64,000 nucleotides of DNA, from the NCBI GenBank assembly GCA_951406725.2, contig OX597814.1, positions 175,770,001 through 175,834,000 of the forward strand, given 5' to 3'. The notes under the pieces were generated by a model. That model was not told where the DNA came from. It worked only from the letters and a program-made list of their open reading frames with translations, and searched no databases. The translations under genes and the position numbers were made by a program. Source of the DNA: Octopus vulgaris (Eukaryota). This document shows, piece by piece, positions 42,985-56,346 of this stretch (the first letter of the stretch is position 1; each line of letters starts with the position of its first letter).

Positions 42985-43408
42985 AGTGATATACATCTGG
43001 AAAATCCTGAAGGGTGTTGTCCCGAATTTTGGCATTGAAAGTTACACCAACAGGAGAACGGGACGCCACTGAATGGTGCCAAAGATCCGAACATCACCAT
43101 CGAAATACAGGACCAGATACTGCAACAGCTTGGGTTTCAGGGGAACACAACTCTTCATTATCCTTCCTAAATGCCTGAGAGACCTGCATTGTGTGGATGT
43201 GGGTTTCTTTAAAACTAAACTGGATCTCTTCTTGTCAGAGGTTCCAGATGAACCAACCTCTCGGCAGGAAACACAGATGCGGGCAGCGGCGTCGAACTCC
43301 CTTGTCGACCAAGTGCCACGTATCAGAGGTGGTTTCACATACTAGTGTAGCTCATTCAACGGTGGTGTCCCAGCATCCTCGCAGCTTTCGGGCTGAAACA
43401 CATTTAAG
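42985..43408 (+). mobile_element. 3' end of an APE-type LINE (CR1/L2-related group; clade uncertain)
   Basis: YIWKIL.G.VPNFG..RTGRH..NSLGFRG.QLF.ILP..LRD..FK.KLD.FL..VPDEP..RAA.SNSL RT C-terminal motifs; structured 3' tail. Confidence 0.8.
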
Positions 43409-43532
43409 GATATATATATATATATATATAGATATCAGTTTTGTAAAAATTTAGATTCAGTTGTATATGGTATTTAAGTTAAAGGCACCAGAATTTAGTA
43501 TGGTACTATCCATATAATTCAAAATGGGGTGA

Positions 43533-43859
43533 TTATAATCAAAATAAGCAACAAGGATATCCAGAGATAATGCAGTACGATCGTTTCATGTGACTCCATG
43601 AAAAAATATTAATTACTGCTATGTTTTTGTTGATGAAACTTGTTTCTCCTTCTACCTACTTACCCTTTTTGTGATGTTGGTTAATGGAATAACTATAAAA
43701 ATGAATCTTTTAAATTTAACTAAATTCTATATTTGTATGTAGCTGAAGATTGCTCTACATTTTAAAACTGATGTAATACTTACATTGTTTAATTAAATGG
43801 AGTCGGATGAAACGATCGTACTGCATTACCTCTGGATATCCTTGTTGCTTATCTTGATT

Positions 43860-43861
<2 letters not shown>
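43533..43861 (+). mobile_element. HHR-bearing element with inverted terminal copy, ending in (TA)n
   Basis: 43533-43599 inverted to 43797-43861; HHR AUGUAG-CUGAAGA..GAAA-CGAUCG-UA-CUGCAU at 43737-43826. Confidence 0.7.
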
Positions 43862-43921
<60 letters not shown>

Positions 43922-44332
43922 TTTTCCTGAAGCGTGTAGGTACCCTGATAAGACCAATTATGTTATCGTCTGTGTTTTTCTGTTTTTCAATTCACGATCT
44001 GTTTCTATTGTAACGATTACAAATCTTAAACACAGAAGAATATTTTCTAGGTGGAAAAAGAATTGGACTTCCTTTCATCTTCTTTGTTTACTCTATTGAT
44101 GTTTACCGATCGAAAATTGGAGTGTTGGTTCAGGCAGAACTGTTGTCCGTGTTTCTCCTTCCAGTCTGAAGATGCAGTTCATTGTATTATCGAACGAATA
44201 TTTCTGTATTTGTATTCGTGTGCACAAACACAGATGCACGCACACAAACATATGTGTATATGTACATATGTAAGTATATATATATATTTATATATATATA
44301 TTTGTATATATATTTATATATATATATATTTG

Positions 44333-44372
<40 letters not shown>

Positions 44373-44752
44373 TGTATATATATGTATATATATGTATTAT
44401 ATACTATATATATATGTGAAATATCGGACTATTAACCTCATCTTCAAAGATCAAACGCAGTATAGATGTGTTTCATCTCTAGAGATGTGGTTAATCGCCT
44501 GGAAAATTATTATCGTACCAACAATAACTCGTCTCAAACATGTGTGAATATATGTAAGTATATACACACATACTTGTAGTGAGAAAAGAAATACATATAT
44601 ACACGCATATTTATATTTGTATATGTACACACACACACACACACACACACATACACACATATATCCATATTATATGCATATGCATACACACATAATACAT
44701 GCATGTCTACATACATACATACATACATACACACGCACACACATATACGCAT

Positions 44753-45350
44753 ACATATAATTATGAGAAATCAAATTATGCAAGCATGCCCCTTGTGTGT
44801 ATATGTCAGTATCTGTCTGTCTGTCTATCTACTTACCTACCCACTACTATATAAATACATACATATATGCATGCATGCATACATACATACATACATACAT
44901 GCATACATTCATGCATACATACATGCATACATGCATACATACATGCATGCATGCATACATACATACATACATGCATACATGCATACATTCATACTTACAC
45001 TCATATATATATATAATAGACACATATCTGTATATATACATATAATATACACATACACACGCACACACATATACGCACACATATAATTATGAGAACTCAA
45101 AATATGCAAGCATGCACCTGTGTGTATATGTCAGTATCTGTCTGGCTATCTACTTACCTAGCTTCTACTATATACATACATACATACGTACATACGTACA
45201 TGCGTACATGCGTACATGCGTACATGCATACATGCATACATGCATACATACATACATGCATGCATACTACATACAAATACTTACATACGTACACACACAC
45301 ACACATATATATATATATGATAGACACATATCTGTATATTACATATAATA
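44753..45350. repeat. Tandem duplication (~330-bp period) of a microsatellite-containing block
   Basis: CATATAATTATGAGAA.TCAAA.TATGCAAGCATGC at ~44753 and ~45080. Confidence 0.8.
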
Positions 45351-45624
45351 TATGTGTGTGTATGTGTGTGTGTGTGTGTGTGAATAAGGTTGGATAGTTT
45401 TAATAAGCGATGTCGAGTATTTATCTTTGCATTAACGAACGAATATTACTGGTTCCATTATTTTTTATCGACCCTGTTTATGAAGATACATTACCGAATG
45501 TTTGTACGTTTGTTCAGAAATCTGTAAATGGATCCTCCGTCAGTTTTGTGGAAGAATATTCCGCACAATCATGGCATTACAGAATAAAGTAACAGTTATT
45601 CCACAAACGGTTCTACCTGTATCC

Positions 45625-45890
45625 TAATTCTCAGGCTGAATCAGAATGTCTTTGAATGACAAGGCTGAGCATTTGAAGTACTGCATCATTCAAAACTTCC
45701 ATGCTTCCTGAGATTCACCTACACTACATCTGATTTTCTCCCCTCCATACACACGCAAGCATGTATCTGACTCATACACTGTTCACTTTCCAGACATTTG
45801 TACATTACTGCATGTGCCTTATACACACTTTTGATAAGTTGTGGTGCACTGGATCATTGTATACAATAATTTCATTATTATTATTATTAG
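45625..45890 (+). mobile_element. Probable LINE/SINE 3' end with (TTA)n tail
   Basis: Unique-composition block ending GTATACAATAATTTC(ATT)n. Confidence 0.4.
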
Positions 45891-47435
45891 TTCACTCCAA
45901 ATCCTTAGTTACTGTCTATATTATAGTGTATAGAGCTTATATAAAGGCGGTAAACAAAACTTTCATAAGAATTGGTTTTAATACCTTGCTAATATCTCAT
46001 TGAAAGTATGAAATTTATGTACAAGAAAACAAGTGGCGTTAACATAAGTTTTAACACGAGAAAGTAAATATATACAGAATATCATAAACAAAGAAAATCA
46101 CTTGATAGGACGACAATAAATAGCCATTTAAAAAGGGAAGAAATGGAGGACAATAATTTTGAGGTGAGGAGAGAAAGAGAAACACAAGATTAAGGAGAAT
46201 ATACTTGAGGATATAGAGTTGGAAAAACATAGATAGTTTAGCATCAGGCTTAATATTGTATGGAGCATGTAAAATCTTAATAAAGCTTCATATCCAGTGA
46301 TTACGAGCTAAGAAATGCTGGACTTAAAATGGACAAAATTATTAATGTTTGTCATGCAGGATAAGAATTTATTTTTGGCGAGATTTATTTAATGTTCCTC
46401 AGAATCAAACGACTATTGATAGGAATTGAGCTAGAATGTAGAACGACTGAAAAAAAAAAAGGTTGATAAAAACTAGTAACCAATGTATATAAGCGGTATT
46501 TATAGCCTAGAGAAACCAAGTTAATGAAATAAAAGTAATGAGAATCTTTTAATGTCCAATGAAGATAAATATTTACTACAGGGCAAAAAGATGAATTTTC
46601 GGTTACATCTTTTCAATAGTGTATTGCACTATAATTTAAGATAATTAAAATAATAGTTAATTACAAATATCATATTCACAGTACTTGTTTCTACCGTAGA
46701 ACTGATTGCAAAAATAACCATGAACTATGAAAATATCTCGAACTAATCAAAAATATTTTTATAGAAGCGCTAAATAGCGAACCGTGTAGAAGAAATCAAA
46801 GACTATTAAGAAACAAACTGAGTGAATTCGTGTTAGAGAATTCCAATATTATATTGAAGATTATAATTTCTATGAAAATCCCAAACGGATTGAAGCGCTA
46901 ACAGCAATTGAAGTTAAATATCTGTTAATCTAACGAACGGATTAAAATAATGATTCACGCGATAGAGGCTACATTAACGAAATATAAACAAAATAATTTA
47001 ATATCAAATTGAGAAGGCAAGAAGATAAATATTTGCCACGATACAAGACGGTGAATTTTCGCATAGATCAAAGGAGTAATATGTTGGATAGGATTTAAGA
47101 TAATTAAAATAAAATCATAAATTGAACATTCATGTTGCGGGTGTTCAATATAACATAGGAGATTATAATATAAATGTAAATCCATGACAGATTTACACGT
47201 TGCTGGTAATTGAAGTTAAATATCTTTTGATGTAGCGAGTTGATTGAAATATAATATATTCAAAAAGGGAGTAGTAATTAAGTTCGTGATTACGAAGGAG
47301 AGAGAGGTGAAAATGCCCTAATATGTGTTTGTTTGTGGCTAAAGTAATTTGGAACAATAATCCAGGCGAGATTAATGATTATACTAGTGTAAAAGGAACC
47401 TAAGTTTTACAGCATGGTATTGTACTAGCCTATTG

Positions 47436-47841
47436 AGGCGGCGAGCTGGCTGAAACGTAAGCACTCCGGGCGAAATGCGTAGCCGTATTTCGTCTGCCGT
47501 TACGTTCTGAGTTCAAATTCTGCCGAGGTCGACTTTGCCTTTCATCCTTTCGGGGTCGATAAATTAAGTACCAGTTATGCACTGGGGTCGATATAATCGA
47601 CTTAATCCGTTTGTCTGTCCTTGTTTACCCTCTCTGTGTTTAGTCCCTTGTGGGTTGTAAAGAAATAGTTATTTCGTCTGTCGTTACGTTGTGAGTTAAA
47701 ACTCCGCCGAGGTCGACTTTGCCTTTCATCATTTCGGGGTCGATAAATTAAGCACCAGTTACGCACTGGGGTCGATGTGATCGACTTAATCCCTTTGTTT
47801 GTCTACTCTATGTTTAGCCCCTTGTGGGTAGTAAAGAAATA
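47436..47841 (+). mobile_element. Family A SINE dimer with single 16-bp TSD
   Basis: TSD GGTATTGTACTAGCCT at 47416-47431 and 47842-47857; second unit starts at internal TATTTCGTC. Confidence 0.9.
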
Positions 47842-50684
47842 GGTATTGTACTAGCCTTTTAATAATTGAATGGAAGCTTAACCGAGTTAGACAGGCCGAC
47901 GTAAACAGTTTATAATTTAGAAACGAATAAGAGAGATAATCGAGGTGTTTCCAGAGCCTACCAGCTATGTTGAAGTGAAATATAACGGGGTTCAACGAAT
48001 AGGTGATTGACAGCTAAATTAGAAAAGAGTTGAGGAAGATTAGACATGGTTATACTCTTAAAAACTAATCGTGGTAACTTAGTAAAAAGTAGTATTGTAA
48101 TGGTCTTATTGTCATGAGCTGCAATGTGGTCTTACTGTCTTATTGATTTTGGAATTCTAGTGAATATGTGACTATATGGAAAGCGGAGTGAGAAGATATG
48201 TTACATAAATGGAGATAATTATTAAGTAATAATTAAAAATTGATTAAAATTTACCATAAAATTCCAAAAAGAAAATGAATAAACCAAAGTTGAACAATGG
48301 TTAGTTTAGGTGTAGAAAGGGGAGAAACTAGTAAAACAAAGTATATGAAGTTGTTGATGAAATATTATAAATAGCATTATTCCGCCTTTCATCTTTTCGG
48401 GGTTGATAAATTAAGTACCAGTTACGTATTGGAGTCGATCTAATCGACTGGCCCCCTCCCCCAAATTTCGGGCCTTGTGGCTAGAGTAGAAAAGGAATTT
48501 CAACCGTGTTTCGTGGTCTGCTATCACAACAGCTCCTTTATAGGATCCAGTTAGCTCAAGACATCATCAGGAGGAACCACGTCCGGCTTCGGCCCCTACT
48601 GCTCTACCGTTTTAACGTGCCCCCTCCCTCGGAGGTGTCTTCAGCTCTGGTGTTGGGTGCATGTCTTCTTTCTCCTTTCTTCTGTTCCCTGGCCTCTTCG
48701 ATGTAGTGTTAACGAGTGTCAGCGGGCGACTGACTGTCTAATCAAATTTCCCTTTAAATATCATAAATATTCATTGAATAAGAGATACTAATGAGAAGAG
48801 TTAAAAGTTATGGAAAGAAAACTAGTTCGAACGTGAAATGAAATGCAAAATACCATACAAGATACAATAGCAAGTCAATGAATATCTGGAATACTATCAA
48901 ATGTTATATAAGTACTTCATAGAAATTCTAAAAACTCCTTTGGATGTACTGGAATTGCTTGTAGAAGAGCGAAAGCAGCTGATTGTAGTGTCATGCTAGG
49001 GTAAAGTGGAGAGTATTAGGTTATACTTATACAAGAGGAGTAGAAGGTCAGCAATAGTAAGGAAGAATCATGTAATTGCAAGAAATTATTCATTCTGAAT
49101 AATTCAGTAGTTTCTTCTACTGATCTCTAGTTCTTTCGATGTCTCTGGCGAAAAAATCTGATACCTCAGCCATACACTAATTTCTTAACGATTTGTAACT
49201 GCCCTTTCGGTGTACATTTAAGTTCGAAAGGAGCGTGTTTAAAGCGAATAAAAAAGTGGACAGAAAGGTATTTTTCTTTATGTCAGAGCACCGAAAAGAA
49301 CACACATGTGAGTTATAGGTTCTTTTAAATGTATTTGTGCTTAGCATTTATATGTACATTTCCATACGACGTTCTTTGCCAGATATTTAGAATCCAGAAG
49401 CTTACTGTATTCCTTCATATTCACTAGCTTGTTTTCCTCATCTGAAACGAATCATTTTATATGCAACCAGTCAATTGTTCAGTAGATATTTACTTTCAAT
49501 TATTGGTTGCACGTCAGTTAGTTTCAAATTTTCACTCGGATTATAATCGCCAATAATTTATCGGAATTCTGTAACGACAACATATTCACTTTTGTTTATT
49601 AACAGTATCTTTGTTTCCTACTCCAACTTTTTTTTTGCTATTTACTTACTATTCTATAATATGACGTTTGAATAATTAAAGACGCGTTTTCAATGTTCGT
49701 GGCCATTTTGTAATATTCAGATATCTTATTCTAAATGATGATCATTTTCGCATAATAAATATTCCGTTCTATAATATTCTAATCAACGATTATTTTAATT
49801 ATCTTGGTGCTACACACATCTACTAAGATGTACGAGAAATTTTACCCTCTTGCTGTGTAGTAAATATATATATATACATAACGAGAAATTGAGGTGATGG
49901 TGTCAAGAAGACCCAAAGATGTCAGGTAGTGCTGAGTAAGTGCTATGGACGGACTATAGTTAAGCTCCAGGTTCGGTGTTTATGCGAATGAAAAGTCCAA
50001 CGTAGGTCATATATTAGCATGCATCTCATTCTGTTAATTATATATATATATATAATGTATGTATGTATGTATGTATTTCAGGTCAATCCATATAACATTA
50101 AAGGACTCTTATTGCTTTTTTATCGTTCACGTAGGTTCTTTAGGTCATAACTATAGATTTAAATACTTTCGTTACGAATTTAACTAAACTTTTCAGTCGT
50201 TCTCTGTTCTAGCTTAATTTCAACCTATATTCGTTTAATTCTGGTCAGCATCTAATATTCACCCCTCCCCCACAAAAACACTATTACACTGTTGCATTAC
50301 TACCATCAATGAGTTTGTTCATGTCTAGTCCAGCAATTTCTTTTTCCCTAATAGATGTTAATCAAAGGATGTAAATCAATATCATTTAAGCTTCCCACAT
50401 TTGACATCTTCATACGCTATCGATACTTTTCCTACTATACAGTCACAAATATGGTCCCTTTATGTTTCTCTTTAGTGCCTCTTCTTTTATCTTCTCATCC
50501 ATCTCTTAAATTTAATGCTGGTTTCGCTGAATGATATTCTTCGCTTGTCATTGCCACGGTGTTAGTTTTCGCGTTTAAAACTTGTAAAAGCACTTTCAGT
50601 CACACCATAGTGAAATTCTAACACTCTATTAAAAAACAAAATAGTTATCAGGTTAATTAAAGAACTGTGTATGCATATACACCA

Positions 50685-50731
<47 letters not shown>

Positions 50732-50744
50732 CCACGTATGTCGG

Positions 50745-50831
<87 letters not shown>

Positions 50832-50834
50832 GCC

Positions 50835-50869
<35 letters not shown>

Positions 50870-51089
50870 ATATCTCTCTGTTTGTATGTATGTATGAATG
50901 TATGTTATGTTTTAGTTTTATTTCTATACGTCTTATTAATGGAAAGACAGCTGCTTTCTAACCTAGACCCAAGCTTCGTTTATTGGAATTTCAACAGCAA
51001 CAGTAGGATAGCTACGAAAGTATATATATATATTTGCAAGTATTTGGAGTCAGTGCAGATTTGTATGCTTTGTTTTATGCTTGTGTATT

Positions 51090-51146
<57 letters not shown>

Positions 51147-51180
51147 CTGCAAGCAATTTGAATATTTACTTATATGCCAA

Positions 51181-51405
51181 TTTTTTTTTTCTTTATTGCC
51201 CACAGGGGACTAAACATACAGGAGACAAACAAGGGCAAAGGGTTTTAGTCGATTACATCGACCCCAGTGCGTAACTGGTACTTATTTAATCGACTCCGAA
51301 AGGATGAAAGGCAAAGTCGACCTCGGCGGAATTTGAACTCAGAACGTAACTGCAGACGAAATACCGCTAAGCATTTCGCCCGGCGTGCTAACGATTATGC
51401 TAGTT
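51181..51405 (-). mobile_element. Family A SINE
   Basis: Reverse complement of consensus. Confidence 0.88.
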
Positions 51406-51842
51406 GAAGGCGCAAGACTGATTGGTTAGGGTTTCGGCTCACGATCGCCAGGACATGAATTCAATAAAAGAACTGGCGGCGTGTTGTATCCTTGAGCAAA
51501 ACACCTTATTTTGCGTTGTTCCAGTCCACTCAGCTAGCAAAAATAACTAGTATCTTTATTTCAAAGGGTCAGCTTGTCACATTCTGTGTCATACTGAATC
51601 ACGTTAATTTCACAAGTAGGCTCTTCCGTCGATTGGATCAACTGGAACCCCCGTCGATTTTCACTGATCTTTTAGTTTACATTAATAGCCGCTGGGCCAC
51701 TGAGTTCCGCTGCCGTACATAGTCTCTATTATCTGTCCCCAATCACTATGTTTAGTCTGTAATGTTTTCATTTTATTGACGTTTACATAGGGATTTTCAA
51801 CCAGTCCTTCCATATTATTATTGGTTAAGGTCTCTAGCGCAA

Positions 51843-52063
51843 GGCGACGAGCTGGTAGAATTATTAGCACGCCGGGCGAAATTCTTGGCGGTATTTCTTC
51901 TGCCGTTACGTTCTGAGTTCAAATTCCGCTGAGGTCGACTTTGCCTTTCATCCTTTCGGGGTCGATTAAATATGTCCCAGTGGGGCCGATATAATCGACT
52001 TAATCCGTTTGTCTGTCCTTGTTTGTCCTCTCTGTGTTTAGCCCCTTGTGGGTAGTAAAGAAA
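51843..52063 (+). mobile_element. Family A SINE with 17-bp TSD
   Basis: TAAGGTCTCTAGCGCAA at 51826-51842 and 52064-52080. Confidence 0.92.
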
Positions 52064-52288
52064 TAAGGTCTCTAGCGCAATGTGTATGTGTGTTCGTATG
52101 TTTATGTATCTCTGAAAAGACGAAAGCTTCCGAAACTGCATATATCAATGTGTGTGTGGATGTAAATGTATGACTTTTATGTATAATCATACATAAATAC
52201 ACGTTCAAACGTCAACTGAAAAGGTATTCAATAGCTATATGTAGAGTTTATATTTATTTTACGAAGTAAAGTTTGGTTTTCGTTTATA

Positions 52289-52504
52289 CGAGGCTGTGCT
52301 GAAAAGTTCCTGACTTTGAGTTAAAGAAAATACGGGAGGATCAGTTAATTATGATTTTATCCAACATATTCCTTTTTCAGATTCACAGACACATTGCAAC
52401 GGTCTTTCAGTTTTCTAAGTCCTGTAAAAGAACTCGGAAGGTTGGACCTCAAACCAAGTCTTTCGCGACACCCTTAAAGATATGAACTTTTCAGCACGCC
52501 CTCG
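52289..52504. mobile_element. Tc1/mariner-type MITE (216 bp)
   Basis: TA-CGAGGCTGTGCTGAAAAGTTC ... GAACTTTTCAGCACGCCCTCG-TA; TA TSD. Confidence 0.85.
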
Positions 52505-53267
52505 TACACACTTTATAAGGGTTGGTCACGTTTAAAACAGTGCTTATCATTCATTGCCGAAGATGATTTTGTAGAAGAATTCTAAAGAGGAACACATTCT
52601 AAAGTGGTTCCAAAGGTGCAATACAAAGATCAACCGAAGGAATATTTTAAAACGGTAGATTGATACACACTGTTGATGCATTTGATTCTGTTAGAGAAAA
52701 TACCATCATGGAAAGTACTGCAAAAAATGGTGTTGGCAAAGAGACCAGCGGAGTGAAGAGGAAAGGAAACGAAGACATATCCGGTTGCGCTCCCTTTTAT
52801 ATGTCCAATGATCTAGTTTCGTCCTTTTACAACCATCTTAGATCACGCACATTAATTCAATTGAATAAAATTCTTGACTCAGAAAGCATTGATACACACA
52901 CGCACATACACACACGTACACACACACACACACGTATACACATACACACACACAAATTTATACCTGTATCTATCTAGCTATCTATCTATTCGCACAAATG
53001 CAGACACGAGTGACATTCACATAGATACACACACATGCACACACATACACGCACGCACACACACACACACACACACATATTCACACTCACGCATATATAA
53101 AACGAACTACCAACCAGTTTCCGTCTGACAAATTCACTCATGTGGTAGTGGTCGGTCTGCGGCTATAGTAGAAGACATTTACCCAAAGTGCCGCACAATA
53201 GGACTGAACCCCAAACCACCTGATTCAAAAGTGAGTGTATGTGTGCGTGCGTGTGTGTTTGTGTATA

Positions 53268-53304
<37 letters not shown>

Positions 53305-53349
53305 CCTATATATATATATATATATATATAGATAGATAGATAGATATAG

Positions 53350-53382
<33 letters not shown>

Positions 53383-54260
53383 CGTATGTACATGCACGCA
53401 TGCATACATATGTATATATGAAGAGAAATGGAAACGGGGAAGAGAGAGATGAGTGAATGACAGTGAGAAAGACCGAGAAAGAAAGATAGAGAGAGATGTG
53501 CTTCTTTGTAGGCTTATTTTTATATCAATGATGTATTACTGAAAACACTACCGTGTTCCAATACAATATCTATTATGTAAAGTTTTTGCGTTTTCATATT
53601 TTCTTATAAATCCTTTCTCATTAGTTTCGAATAATACCATTCCTCGGAACATTAATCTTCAGAGCCTTCTCTGAAATATCACTTTACATAGAGCAGTAAA
53701 GAATCATTAGCTTATTCTTGAAACTTTTTAGAAATGCTATAATGCGTCTCGACTAAAACACGCAACAATAACACGCAACAAGTTTCATTTCAATTAGATA
53801 TGGCCGAATTGGTCTTGAACCTCTAATGAACTTAGCGAAGTTATCGTGCCATGATAATGACAAATAGTTTATATGAAATCGAATATAAAACAAACTTGAA
53901 TAAAAAGGATTAAATATGAACACGTTCGTGTCTTCAATATGGAGAAACCTAAATTCATCCATCCATACAAGAAAAATATTTAATGACAATTATTTACACA
54001 TTGTCTTATATATCACTCTGCATGAAAACCGGTTTGACTGGAACCCAATCACGAATTTACAATATAGAATTGTGATGAATCACAAGCTCGGACCGTACCA
54101 TATGAATGCTTGGAGCTCTTCACTAATCTAAGTAATATTGTTAGCCTGGTGTGCCAATAGAGAGCTTATGAAGTAGTTTGTCTGGATTGATAATCCTTCG
54201 CTATTAACTCAGGTTTAACATTTACACACATAGTTATACATAAACAAATTTTCGTGAATA

Positions 54261-54293
<33 letters not shown>

Positions 54294-54298
<5 letters not shown>

Positions 54299-55002
54299 TG
54301 AATTGAAGAAATGGAGCTGAACGCAGATTGAACAGAAATCGTTTTATTTCATTCTACACGTGTTTCGAAAGGCACAAATTACCAAAATCCGATTGAATAA
54401 TGGGACCATATTGTGTCTTTCTCTTCAGGAAGAAAATAGGAAATCCGTTGGAAAAACAAAAACAGAACAGAGGCGGAGCAAAAACAAATCGAACTATGCT
54501 CCTAAGAGCCCATGGCGAAACTGTTTATCAGTGTATGTTGAGAACCGGTGGCTGAAGAATTCAACGGGTCAGGCATCGGTCAATCATGTGGGTGAGGGTG
54601 TGTAGATGTTCTTTGTGACCGAGAATAAAGTTCTGACTATTTAAGGAATATTGGATGTTTTATAAGGGGCGAGAAAAAATCTTGTTTTTCCAACGGATTT
54701 CCTATTTTCTTCCTGAAGAGAAAGACACAATATGGTCCCATTATTCAATCGGATTTTGGTAATTTGTGCCTTTCGAAACACGTGTAGAATGAAATAAAAC
54801 GATTTCTGTTCAATCTGCGTTCAGCTCCATTTCTTCAATTTACCAATAATGTTTTAATTTCAATTATCCGCACCAACGCACGGTTGCAACACCATATGGT
54901 TGTACCTCCAACCGTGCTGTTTACTGCTGTGATTTTTGCTACTAAGGTATCGGTTAAACTTTTGATTAATCTACTACAAGATTATTCATCTTTCTATTTC
55001 AC

Positions 55003-55004
<2 letters not shown>
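54294..55004 (+). mobile_element. PLE-type element with ~166-bp inverted repeats each carrying a hammerhead ribozyme, embedded in (TA)n
   Basis: 54294-54459 is the reverse complement of 54682-54848 (about one mismatch); unpaired tail 54849-55004. Confidence 0.85.
54705..54795 (+). ncRNA. Type I hammerhead ribozyme, canonical core (mirror copy ~54347-54437 on minus)
   Basis: UUC-CUGAAGA-GAAAG(A)CACAA..UUGUG(C)CUUUC-GAAA-CACGUG-UA-GAA. Confidence 0.8.
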
Positions 55005-55053
<49 letters not shown>

Positions 55054-55215
55054 CAACAAAAGCGCAATAGAGGACAATAAGACATTCGGACAGATAGACG
55101 ATAAACAGGCGGACAGGAGAAACAACAAGTAGGTCAGAGGAAAAAGAGGACGGGTCATTCGTGGACTTCTTTCCTCAATCAAGTTACCAGATGTCCTTAT
55201 TGTATATATACACAC

Positions 55216-55248
<33 letters not shown>

Positions 55249-55354
55249 TATATATACACATATATATATATAGTCTAAATCTACGTTAAATAGACTTAAG
55301 AAACATAAGTTTCAGTAGGAAATAAGTGTGGTGGGATGCTAGAGTTATTAGGGA

Positions 55355-55470
55355 TACGGGATACAGGCATCCAGCAACAGGACCTCCGTAATGTCATGAT
55401 GGACCGTGAAGTCTGGCGTAGCATGGTAAATTCCATTGTCTCAACCACGGTCGAACAATGATGATGATGA
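55355..55470 (+). mobile_element. RTE-clade LINE 3' end with (TGA)n tail
   Basis: RDTGIQQQDLRNVMMDREVWRSMV matches the RTE C-terminal D..MDR..WR motif. Confidence 0.7.
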
Positions 55471-55621
55471 GAGTTATTAGAAGTGGGGTACAAAGAGTGT
55501 TAAGTAGGCAGTTTCACTTGATTACACATTAGAAGTAATGGCTCACATTTTATATTTAGCGATGAGTCGGCCCCTTGTTTTGGGGATATATTTTTAGACT
55601 TCAAATACCAACTTACATGCT

Positions 55622-55667
<46 letters not shown>

Positions 55668-55841
55668 AAATTAGAAAATAGAGAAACATACTTAAATCAA
55701 TCAAACATCAACCATCAGATGATACCCAATCAATACTTTATTACACCATTACATAACAGCAAAGGCATTATACAAAATATACTGTAAATATAATTAGACA
55801 AGGAAATAGAAATATAAAATATAAAATATAATAATATCATA

Positions 55842-55952
55842 TCTGACAGCTGTTTCGGCCGTGAGGACAAGTATGCCTCATTTAACCTATAAGCCATATA
55901 AGGCAGGTATAAATGAGACATTAACAAGGATGTCCCACGGCCTCTTCAGAGA
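55842..55952 (-). ncRNA. Type I hammerhead ribozyme with long helix II, in an element ending at (TA)n (~55666)
   Basis: UCU-CUGAAGA-GGCCGUG..CACGGCC-GAAA-CAGCUG-UC-AGA; helix II extended by GGACA/UGUCC and AUGUCUCAUUUA/UAAAUGAGGCAU. Confidence 0.82.
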
Positions 55953-56281
55953 ATTTAATTTATTATAAGTGTGAAAAAATTTTTTTTACATATAAATATA
56001 AAAATATAAAATATAAAAATGTGTGCATAGACACTCATAATACTACACATATATATACTCATTAATACAATAATACAAAATAAACAATATATATCAAAAT
56101 ACATTAACAAACACAGTTATTCTACATATTGGACTTCTAGTTCCATAACTAACCTCAAGGAAAATATATGCACACTCACATTTAAATTTAAATCAGACAT
56201 ATACATAAAAATAATACAAAAACACACAGTTCAGTTCATAAAATTATAACCCTACAAAAGTCAATAAAAATTACTATTAAT

Positions 56282-56346
<65 letters not shown>

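Noticed and set aside
43361-43400. GTCCCAGCATCCTCGC resembles HDV ribozyme sequence
   Set aside because: P3 and P1 cannot pair; explained as LINE 3' tail
52660-52977. 105-aa ORF
   Set aside because: No recognisable motif; runs into CA microsatellite
53615-53665. Minus-strand CTGAAGA..CGAAACTAATG hammerhead-like motif
   Set aside because: Helix III and cleavage triplet not valid; at best a decayed relic
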